From an uncultured bacterium (GTDB lineage: Bacteria; Armatimonadota; UBA5829), in assembly GCA_964431685.1 (NCBI GenBank), contig CAYSLA010000005.1, positions 1 through 50,282 of the forward strand: 50,282 nt of DNA, read 5' to 3'. The notes below the pieces were generated by a model, which had not been told where the DNA came from, did not search any database, and saw only the letters and a list, made by a program, of their open reading frames with translations. The position numbers and the translations under genes were made by a program. Below are positions 25,343-34,100 of this stretch, one piece after another. The stretch's first letter is position 1, and each line of letters begins with the position of its first letter.

Positions 25343-27774
25343 TCGATTCCGTCGCGCAGAAGCACCATCCGAAGACTGGGGACGATGTTCATGTTCTTCT
25401 CCGGAAGGTCGGTGCCCCCTGAATCAAGTTCAGGGCAAGCTCTGGGATCGGGCGGGTAGAAGTAGGCGAGAGTGCCGTTCCCATATTGTCCGCCTGGATT
25501 AACCCAGGGATTCTGGAAGACTACGTACTCATTCTCCTGCCACCATATCGCTATCGCCCAGGTGGACATACCCTTCGCGCCCATCCACCACACCTTCGGC
25601 GCCATAAGCCGCTGGTCGATGGAAGGAGCGTCTATGAACTGATGGATGGTTTGTGTGTAGTAGGTCCAGACCTCTTTGCCGGCCGGGTACGCAGCAATGG
25701 CCGCCGGCGAAGCGATGTTGAGCGCATCGTTATTCTCTGGTATGAGAATATCAACGTGGTTGCGAAGAGCATCATAGGCCTCGGCGTTGTAGACGTAGGC
25801 ACCCATCTTCACGTCCTTAGCGTGCGGCTGCAGACGGAATGCGTCTATGAAGTTACGGACTCCCTGATACGCGTAGGGCTGCGGTTCGTCAATCTGAACA
25901 AACGCGTTATCAAGCCAGCCTTTGGCCGCCAAGTGAGCAGCAAGCGGCTCGTAGTAGCTGGTCACATATGGCGTCGCGCTCTCCACTGTGGTGTCTGCGA
26001 GAAGAGGGCCGGACTCGTGGCCGATTGAGTGAGTACTCAAGTTCAGTTCATCCAAAACACGGGAGTACTCCACGTCGTATTCTGCGGGGAACGCCGGGAG
26101 CGTGCCTGTGTACCACACGTAAGGAATCAAAGGATTGGTCTCGGCTATCTTGTAGCGAGCCATCTCGGAGACATAATCTCTCGTCAGGCTGTATTTGTCC
26201 ACGCGCTCAGTGACCTTGTGGAACGGAAAAACCTCGGCGCTGGCATATCTGGACATCTGGAAGGATGTCTTGCAGCTCGGCCGCTCCGGCAGAACGAAAT
26301 TCCACACCTTGAGTTCAACCGGCACATTGACCACGCCGGCTGACGTATGCAGGTTCACCTGGCCGTTGTAGGTTCCCGCAGGCATCTGCCTGGGAATGGT
26401 CACGTCTACCCAGATAATGATATTGGGATCACCCGCGTCGAACGACACCGGGGCAAATTTCACCAAAGGATCCGGCAGGTTACCGGTGAATGCGGAGCGT
26501 ATCGGTTCGGTCAGGAACTGGCCCGTCTTCGACGGAGTGTGAATAGGCACATAGCAGGCGCGGCGAATATCGAAATTCCTCTGTGGAACGGTTACGCCGC
26601 CGGGACCAGTAAGACTCGCGCTGACTGAGGTAATCGCTCCCGCCGAGGTTGGGCGGAAGACCAGTTGCAGCGCCTCCGACTCATTACGCGCACATGAGAT
26701 AGAGACCTTGGTACGGTTGGCGCTCGGTGCCTGAGCATTCTCCAGAACCTTTTTTGTGGTGGACGTATACCAAAGACTGCCCAGGCTGCCCGATGGCAGC
26801 GAGTATGATATGTCTTCCTCAACCCATTCGGTGGCTGCAAGCTTGGTAACGTTCAGCGTCTGAGACGGAAGGGAAGATGCCTGCTGACTCGGAACGTGCG
26901 GTGTTATCCCTTCCAGCGGAGAGTAGTACAGGTCATAATACTTTGTGCCACTCGAGGCTGCGTTCAGGACGAACCCCACCTGGCACTCGCGCAAAGAGAT
27001 ATCGTCAGCGGCGGACCCCAGTATACGCTCAAACCGCACTTGCAGTTTGTCATTGATCCAACCCGCTTTGTCCCACGTGTTGAAGTAGTACTCGCGTGAA
27101 TACCATCCGGTTGCAGGTATGTACGGATCGCTGTAGGTGTGCGATACGGGCTGCCACCATAGGTCGTTGACGTTGGAATACGCAGCGGACGAGCCAGACC
27201 CCTTCGCCCAATGGGAGTACCGATACCACGTGTTGGGGTTAACGGTGACATACTGCCAACAGGCGGACCGATCCTGGGCGGTGCCCTGCACAGTCATACA
27301 CCAACTGCCGTCGTGTGAGTTCTGCTGCAAGACAAACGATGCCGGCTGGTCTATGTTCCATCCCACCGGCACGCCGCCGGACTGCTGCTCGAAGTTGCCG
27401 TTCACTACCAGTTCCTGAGTTCCCACCACGATCTTGTAGGCCGCGGACACATTGTCGCTGATCAGGTTGCCGCCCGCGTCGACCTCAACGAGTTTCACGT
27501 TGTCATAAGAGAAGTACTCGTGCTGGAACTTGAACTCGGCCTTCTCATTTAGCCAACTGGTGATCGTCTGAGGCGTCAGATTGAGCGCATACGAACCGGC
27601 TGACGGCACGCTCACAGATATGCGAACTCTGAACGGGTAGTAACTGTCCGTCCAGGGAGCCGCATATACTCCCAAAGCACCAATCACCAGAATGACCGTG
27701 ACGGCCAGAATGCAGAAAAACGATTGCCTGGTTCTGCCAAGGATAGTCTTAGACATATTGTTGTCCATCATCAT
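25336..27774 (-). CDS. DUF4091-like putative glycoside hydrolase (GH123-like), N-terminal membrane anchor; C-terminus truncated
   Basis: 812 aa. Motifs ARNESEALQLVFRP, ELKVWNFVLPE, GNGTLAYFYP...PSLRMVLLRDGIE. The usual continuation (DYE...; compare SIRWEVWAESLQDYAILQ in 48494-50095) is missing, and the ORF stops inside R5. Confidence 0.75.
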   Translation of the reverse strand: MMMDNNMSKTILGRTRQSFFCILAVTVILVIGALGVYAAPWTDSYYPFRVRISVSVPSAGSYALNLTPQTITSWLNEKAEFKFQHEYFSYDNVKLVEVDAGGNLISDNVSAAYKIVVGTQELVVNGNFEQQSGGVPVGWNIDQPASFVLQQNSHDGSWCMTVQGTAQDRSACWQYVTVNPNTWYRYSHWAKGSGSSAAYSNVNDLWWQPVSHTYSDPYIPATGWYSREYYFNTWDKAGWINDKLQVRFERILGSAADDISLRECQVGFVLNAASSGTKYYDLYYSPLEGITPHVPSQQASSLPSQTLNVTKLAATEWVEEDISYSLPSGSLGSLWYTSTTKKVLENAQAPSANRTKVSISCARNESEALQLVFRPTSAGAITSVSASLTGPGGVTVPQRNFDIRRACYVPIHTPSKTGQFLTEPIRSAFTGNLPDPLVKFAPVSFDAGDPNIIIWVDVTIPRQMPAGTYNGQVNLHTSAGVVNVPVELKVWNFVLPERPSCKTSFQMSRYASAEVFPFHKVTERVDKYSLTRDYVSEMARYKIAETNPLIPYVWYTGTLPAFPAEYDVEYSRVLDELNLSTHSIGHESGPLLADTTVESATPYVTSYYEPLAAHLAAKGWLDNAFVQIDEPQPYAYQGVRNFIDAFRLQPHAKDVKMGAYVYNAEAYDALRNHVDILIPENNDALNIASPAAIAAYPAGKEVWTYYTQTIHQFIDAPSIDQRLMAPKVWWMGAKGMSTWAIAIWWQENEYVVFQNPWVNPGGQYGNGTLAYFYPPDPRACPELDSGGTDLPEKNMNIVPSLRMVLLRDGIEP
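25417..25440. repeat. 24-nt palindromic unit R6, in phase inside the DUF4091-like ORF
   Basis: Identical 24-mer. On the minus strand it occupies exactly 8 codons (GCT TGC CCT GAA CTT GAT TCA GGG = ACPELDSG). Confidence 0.95.
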
Positions 27775-27856
27775 TGTACTCCTTATTCACCCCACAGGAC
27801 CCAGGACTGCCAACACCCTGCGAAGGCCCTGTATCACTCCTCGACCGTGGAAGATG

Positions 27857-27882
27857 TGTGGGGCCGGACTTCCGGCCCCACA
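27857..27882 (-). terminator. GC-rich hairpin downstream of the LamG gene
   Basis: TGTGGGGCCGG-actt-CCGGCCCCACA, an 11-bp stem 17 nt past the stop at 27899. The inner GCCGGACTTCCGGC resembles hairpin H1 of element B. There is no clear U-tract. Confidence 0.4.
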
Positions 27883-27898
27883 TCCTTGAAATGCCGAA

Positions 27899-28843
27899 CT
27901 ACTGACCGATCTCGTCAATGTTCGGGATAATAGTCCCTACATCGGCAGCATCAATGGTGTTGTCACCGTTCACATCACCGTTAGTGAGCGAGAAGTTGGC
28001 AGAAGCGGTCTGCCCGATCTCGACCACCACTCCGGAAGCTTTCTGCCGAAGGAATCGGCCCGCGTTGGCGTAGACGTCGTAGGTTCCCGGTTCAAGCTTG
28101 TTGAAACTGTATGAACCCGGATTGCTGGACACGGTCACCGTCTGCGTGGCAACCGTATTGGCCCCCTGTTTGAGCTCAACCTTGACCGGGACCGGCGCGA
28201 AGCTCGCACTGACGTCCTGAAGCGTAATCTGCCCAGCGATGTTGCCCACGGGCACTCCGTATCTGAGGACATTGGACATCCTGAACTCATCGATCTGGCC
28301 GAGGAAGTTGTACCAGGGATGACCGTCTACCCATCTACCGCCCACACTGGCAGGGCCGCCAATTGGCGCCGCCAGACCAAGCAGCGTAACATCCTGCTCG
28401 AAGACCATAACGCCGTTCTTCCAGAACTTGATGATGTTAGCTCCGCCGGTGTCTGACCTCTTCTGATAGGTAACAGCAGCATGCTGCCAGGGCGCGCTCG
28501 GCCCCGCCTCCCACTCAGTCACGTCATCTTGTACCAGTTGCCAGTTCCCGCTGGCATACCAGCCAAAACCCATGCGCATCTTGCCGGCAACATAGGTGAA
28601 GCTCCACTGGTAGTTGCCGCCAGTGTAGTTCTGGATCATAACCCAGTAGCTGTTCGCCTCGTAGGGCTTAATCCAGCACTCAATCGTCAGATCGTCGGTA
28701 TAGGAACCAAGAAGGGCGTTAGCGGGCAGGTCAATCTTCTTATACCCTCCATCGTAGACAATCTTCAGGGCATTTCCAAAACCCGCTTTGTCACTGGCAA
28801 CGTAGTGGTCTGCCTGTATCGCCTTCAGCCACAGTGATACCTG
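27899..28843 (-). pseudogene. LamG / CarboxypepD_reg / dockerin-like paralog lacking start, signal peptide and N-terminal ~55 aa
   Basis: The stop-to-stop frame is open from 28843. Homology begins at QADHYVASDKAGFGNALKIVYDGGYKKIDLP (~28816). The first Met in the track (28639) lies inside the LamG domain. Confidence 0.75.
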
Positions 28844-29879
28844 TTACCACCTGCTTCAGGAACCCTGGCGCGGATATCGCCACGTCATACGTTCCGGCCT
28901 CCATATTGCCGAAGCTGAATATTCCAGGGTTGCTCGTGAAAGTCACGGTCTGAGTCTGGAGCACCGTGGCGCCCTGCTTCAGCTCTACCGTCACCGGGAC
29001 GAGCGTAAGGTCTCCGACGTATCCCTGCAGTGTAACTGTGCCGCCAATAGATATCTCCTGGGTTCCGTACCTCAGTACATCTGAGAGCCTGAACTCATCG
29101 ATCTGGCCCAGCACGTTGTAGTAAGGATGGCCGTCCATCCTCCCACCAAGTGTGGCGGGGCCGTTGACCGCGGTCGGTTCGCCAGTATCCGGATCGGGTC
29201 CTCCTTCGCTGAACCCCCAACCAGTGACATCCTGCCGCAGGACTTGCTCGCCGTTCTTCCAGAACTTTACTATGTCACGCCCGCCAGTGTCGGATCTTCT
29301 CTGAACAGTTACAGCGGCGTGATTCCAGACACCGATTTCCCAGTCCGTCGAACTGTCGGTGACGTCCTTCCATCCGCCAAAGCCGTACCAGCCCAGATAC
29401 ATGCGCATCTTCCCAGCATCGTACAACATACCCCAGTTGTAGTCGCCGCCGGTATAGTTCACGAAGATGACCCAGTACGTGTTGGGCTCGACCGGGCGAA
29501 TCCACGCCTCCATCGTAAAGTCGCTCGGCCCCATCCAGAACTTCACATTGTCCGGATAGGGCACTTCAGGGAAACCTACATTCTTGTAGATGAACCCGGT
29601 ATAGTGAATGCGCAGAGCGTTGCCAAAACCGGCCTTGTCACTCACAACGTGGTGATCGACCTGTCCGGCCAACCCCGTATTGAGCGTTCCATTTACGGGG
29701 TTAGGAGCAGAATCAATAACTGTCGTGGACGTCAGGTCTTCGTCAAAATGAAGCAGTAGCCGAGTGTTCGCGTCCGCGTCGAACGGCTGGGTCCAGTCGG
29801 TGTAGTTCTGTGCGCACAGCGGCGCGCAAAGCGCTACAAACACAGCAAGAGAAAGCCACACCAATTGTCTTCTCAACAT
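28791..29879 (-). pseudogene. LamG / CarboxypepD_reg paralog lacking its C-terminal dockerin-like end
   Basis: RBS GGAAGGAGA, then ATG 29879 (MLRRQLVWLSLAVFVALCAPLCAQ signal peptide). The ORF ends ...GFLKQVVTGITVAEGDTGRPLRCQ*, where the paralogs continue about 35 aa to the NGDxDGDN motif. Confidence 0.7.
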
Positions 29880-30133
29880 TACATGTCTCCTTCCACGAAA
29901 TAATCGAATGACTCGACGGTCACTCGTCAGGTTTTGCCCGGAACGCCGCTGCATACCGCCAGGCGCATGCCGGGCCAGATCAGACTACAACTGTACTGGC
30001 TGCCACACCTCCCCCCAAGAATGTATCGTGCAGCACTGCACCAATCACCCAAGTCCTGCCAGGCCGGATCCGATTGGCATCACAAGGCCCTACGGGTCCG
30101 ACCCGCTCTTCTGTGTCGCGTAATACTACTGTT

Positions 30134-30162
30134 ATTATGCAACCGGTACGGCCAATTGTCAA
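30134..30162 (-). promoter_or_regulatory. sigma70 promoter of the LamG paralog at 29879
   Basis: The minus strand reads TTGACA, 17 nt, CATAAT. The surrounding motif (ACTACTGTTAYTAT...TGTCAAG) is conserved with 43561-43600. This implies a 5' leader of about 245 nt. Confidence 0.6.
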
Positions 30163-30415
30163 GTGCTTGTCGCCAACTTTTTTCCGTTTTTGACAAAAAA
30201 CTTCCCTACCCGCACCCCAAGGTGGGCAATCATGCGGCATTTGAGCCTGAAATCGCTTGGATGTCCACTGTCTATTATTCGGTACACTTTGCCTGCGACT
30301 GTAGTGCGGGCAACCCGATTCTTTGCGTGTTCTTGCCGTATATACAGAGCCAGTACAGTTGTCATGAGCACGGCCGTTCAGCGTCTCGGGCGCGTCACGA
30401 CGACCGAGACGCGAT

Positions 30416-31183
30416 TCACCACGACGTCCAGCCGCCGTCCACCTGGAGCGTCTGGCCCGTGATGTAGGATGAGTCTTCAGACGCCAAGAACAGCACAGCT
30501 CCGGCAACTTCGGCCTGTCTGCCGATTCTGCCCATAGGAACGGACTGCTCCAGGTTCGCCATAAAATCAGGTGAGTCGACCCGCATCTGCTCGTGCGGAA
30601 ACGGCCCTGGGGCTATGCAGTTTACCCGGATGTTCCGTGCCGCCCAGTAGACCGCCAGATACCTGGTCATCTGGACAATCCCCGCCTTGGATACGCCGTA
30701 GTCGATGGGATTCGGATTCATCGGCGGCGGGTAGTTGCTGAGCCTGGGAGCCACCAAACCGTACATTGAGCTAAATAGGATGATGCTCCCGCCGTCGTGC
30801 ATCGCATGGGCAGCCTCCCGCGCGAGGAAGAAGGTGCCAGTCAGATTGACGTGCATCGATGAGTCGAACTCATCCCAGGTCAAATCCTCAACTCGCTTAT
30901 TGAGATGCAGCCAGGTGGAATTGACCATAATATCGAGCTTGCCGAATCTCTCCAGAGTCGCGGCAACCGCGGACCGGCAGGACTTCTCGTCTCCGACATC
31001 CAGCGCAATAGAATGCACTTGGCCCGGTGCGTCCAAGTCCTGGGCGAGCTGTGCAGCCCTGGTCTCATTCACATCGGCAATGGCAACCGAGGCGCCGCAC
31101 TCCACCAGTCTCCTGCACGCCGGAGCGGTCAGATACCCAGCTCCTCCAGCCATCAAAGCTACTTTACCAGACATATTTGTCAT
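30416..31183 (-). CDS. SDR family oxidoreductase
   Basis: GGAGYL (TGxxxGxG-like), NSTW, YGVSKAG (YxxxK). Start chosen at ATG 31183 with an AGAGG RBS; the track start is 31201. Confidence 0.8.
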   Translation of the reverse strand: MTNMSGKVALMAGGAGYLTAPACRRLVECGASVAIADVNETRAAQLAQDLDAPGQVHSIALDVGDEKSCRSAVAATLERFGKLDIMVNSTWLHLNKRVEDLTWDEFDSSMHVNLTGTFFLAREAAHAMHDGGSIILFSSMYGLVAPRLSNYPPPMNPNPIDYGVSKAGIVQMTRYLAVYWAARNIRVNCIAPGPFPHEQMRVDSPDFMANLEQSVPMGRIGRQAEVAGAVLFLASEDSSYITGQTLQVDGGWTSW

Positions 31184-31193
31184 TTGTTTACCT

Positions 31194-34100
31194 CTAGTCA
31201 ACTGATAACTCGTGTCTCACGGTCTTGCCAGATACTGCTTCGACGGCCTCGATACACCACTTGCCTCTGGGGTCGTTCAGCGCAACTGGGATGTCGTATG
31301 CACCTTCGCCGGCTTTCAGATAGACCGCTCTGCTCAAGTATGACCTGAGCCGGTTTTCGGAGTCAAACACCTTTACGTTCACCGTGTGGTTACCCGGATT
31401 CTGACCATCGCCGGATCTCACGCGGAGCTTTAGCGTAACGGCGTTTCCCCGCTTGACGCGCGTGTCGCCGCCCATCTGCAATCCATCCACCCTGTAGGGC
31501 AGTAGTGCGAGTAACGATGCGTCGCCCGAGGCCATCCTGGTCTGGGCTGTATCGGTGTAACCCAGGTAAGCCTTGTCGCGTACGCTGTACAGGTGCCCTG
31601 AGCGCTTCAGAGGCACGCTGACGTCGAAGTCACGGTGATTACGCACAAAGAAATCTCGGATCACCCCGATGTAGTCAATGTCTCCGTCTGTATAGGCGAA
31701 AACCTCCGTGTGCGGCACCGGAGCGCGATCGGAAGTAACATTGTAGGGCGGTCTCACGTTCCCATAGAACGAGATGAAACCCCGAATGATGTCTTTGTAG
31801 TCGTCCTCCACACCGTTGCGCCGCGCGTTGAAGTACGCGTAAAGATCAGAATTGAGAAACAACGTGCGGCCCTTGCCATACTGATTCACGATGAACACAG
31901 GGACACCGAACTCGTTGTGTCCGGTGGCCGTGCCAGTGGTGACCTTGATATCCGGATGGCAGAAAAGGCCTCTTAGTTCTCCGTTCATTGGTCCGAAGTT
32001 GTCATCAACACTGATCCGGCAGTCACGTTTCTCGACCCCGTAGGAAGACCTCTCTATGCCAAACACATCGTCAAGCGGGCTCTTGTCGTAGAACTTGCAG
32101 TGCTCATCGCGAATACCTGTCCGGTAGTCCGCGATAAGCATGCCGCCATTGCTCACGAAGTCACGGATGTTCGCAATCTCCTGCGAACCCAGCGACTCCA
32201 CGAACGGCAGAACCATAACCGAGTACTGACCGCCACTGAGTTTGCCTTGTTCGATCTCCTGTCGAGCGATCATCTCCGGCTGGAAACCCAGGTCAGAGAA
32301 GAGGGTGAGGAAGTTCTTCGTTGCGGTGGCATAGTGGCCGACTGGCTCGATGTCGCCGAAGAGCTTGAGTTCGTCCGGATCACTGCCGCACATAGGCTTC
32401 TTGAACCAGTCGTCGTTGATGAGGCCGAGGTTATTGACGTGCAAACCCATACCGCTGGAAAGAGTACTGGCGTGCCAGTTGTTCTCCGAGTAGTGGATCG
32501 CGATCGGGTCTGGGGCCAGGTCGGCGTGTTTCAGAATCGTGCCCGCACCTTCCTGTATCTCATTCGCGGTCTTCAGTATCTGCGCATAGATGGACGACGG
32601 CTTGAGGTCGATATCATAGGCGTCACACTCCGGACCGAGGAACGTGGCGGTCCACCACCACACACTGTTGAAGCCGGCGAACGCCATATACCAGGGCGTG
32701 TAGGTAAGTCCCCAGGTTGAATCGAGCCCGTTCATCCAGCCGCCGCGCAGGTTATCCTTGCTCGTGAACGACCTCACGCACTGGCCATTGAACATCTTGT
32801 TCGGGTACGCCCCCTTGATCTGATACTGAGCATAGACGTTGTTGATGTCCAGTCCACGTGTGTACTTGAACCAGTCGTATCCGTCGTAGCTTGAGTACTG
32901 CTCGCAGCCGTCGTAGCCGACCTTTGCGCCAGGATGGATGGTGTGTATGAGATCCCTGAAATCATAGTGGAGGTTCATGAAGCTGTCCGTAAGGAACATG
33001 CGATAGTCTACCCACGGCGACGGGTTCTTCTCGTCGGCAAGCAGTTGCTGCTCGTCCTGCACGGTCACCGCGTCAAAGGAAGTGTATGAACTGTCCCACT
33101 GTTTGTTCAGGGCAGAAATATCCGTGTAGTGGTTCCGTAGCCAGTCCCTGAAAAGCCCCACGACCTTGGGCGAGGTGGAGAAGCGCCCCTTGGGATCAAA
33201 TGCGCTCAGGTATATCTCATCACCAAGAGTGTAGCCCGGACTGCCATACTTGGAGAAAGCACGAGCTGCTATCTGCGCGCGTTCTCGCATTCCACCAACC
33301 CACTCTTCGCTGAACATTCCATCATCCAGCAGAGTTCCAGCCAACACCGTGGTATAGGGCATGCCTACCAGGCCGGATGCCGCAAAGGCCCTCGCGCTTA
33401 CTTCGTCGTGCCCGCAGTTGGCAAAGCCGGTGACACCGGAGTTGTATATGACGTCGTGGTACTTCTTGCTTCTGACATCGTCACCAGCGCCGGACCACAA
33501 CCATATCTGAAAGTCCTTGCTCTCAGCCTTCTCCGGAATCGTAAACTCCACCGTTTTCCTGTCGAGCAACCGAGCACCGGAACGCAGGCTCAGCCTGACA
33601 TAGTTCAACACGCTGAGCGAGCCTTCCGGAACACGCATCGTGATATTCTGTGGAAGAGACGAATAGTCCCTTGTGAAGTAGCGGCGACCGTGAACGTCGT
33701 CTATGTCGACTGTAAGGGACAACCGATTGGCAGCATCGGAATAACCGATGTCCAGATTGAGCTCATCGCCAGTTCTCAGAGTGTCTTTTGTCAGCTTGGC
33801 GGATGTGATGGCAGGATTGCTGTCCACCGCGTGCATTACTGATATCCAGTCGACAATTGACCCGTCGCGAGAGAGGTCGAGCTCGATGCAGTAGGGGCCG
33901 TTGGGCAGATCCGGAAGCTTGATCTGCACAGATCGTGCGCCTGGCCTGACCTCAGAAATTCCCTGGGCCATCTTGTTACAGTCTACGTCGACTACTCGCC
34001 AAGCCGCTGCTCGCGGTGCGTCAGCCTCCGCGAGACTCACAAGACAAGACGTCTCGCTATCCATCCGGGCTTCTTCAATCTCCCCGGCGTCGATGCCTTT

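Noticed and set aside
24841-25440. CRISPR array (regularly spaced identical palindromic repeats)
   Set aside because: The repeat is only 20-24 nt and the intervals are very irregular (18-290 nt). The 'spacers' are consecutive in-order pieces of a LamG gene homologous to paralogs in the window. No leader or cas genes are present.
28791-28846. Programmed ribosomal frameshift joining the two LamG ORFs
   Set aside because: There is no slippery heptamer or downstream stimulatory structure at the overlap. The joined product would skip the conserved C-terminal module of gene 1 and the signal peptide/N-terminus of gene 2. That pattern fits a deletion rather than recoding.
24328-29879. Diversity-generating retroelement acting on the LamG paralogs
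   Set aside because: There is no reverse transcriptase, no template/variable repeat pair and no adenine-specific mismatch pattern. Differences between the paralogs are spread over the whole length, as in ordinary divergence.
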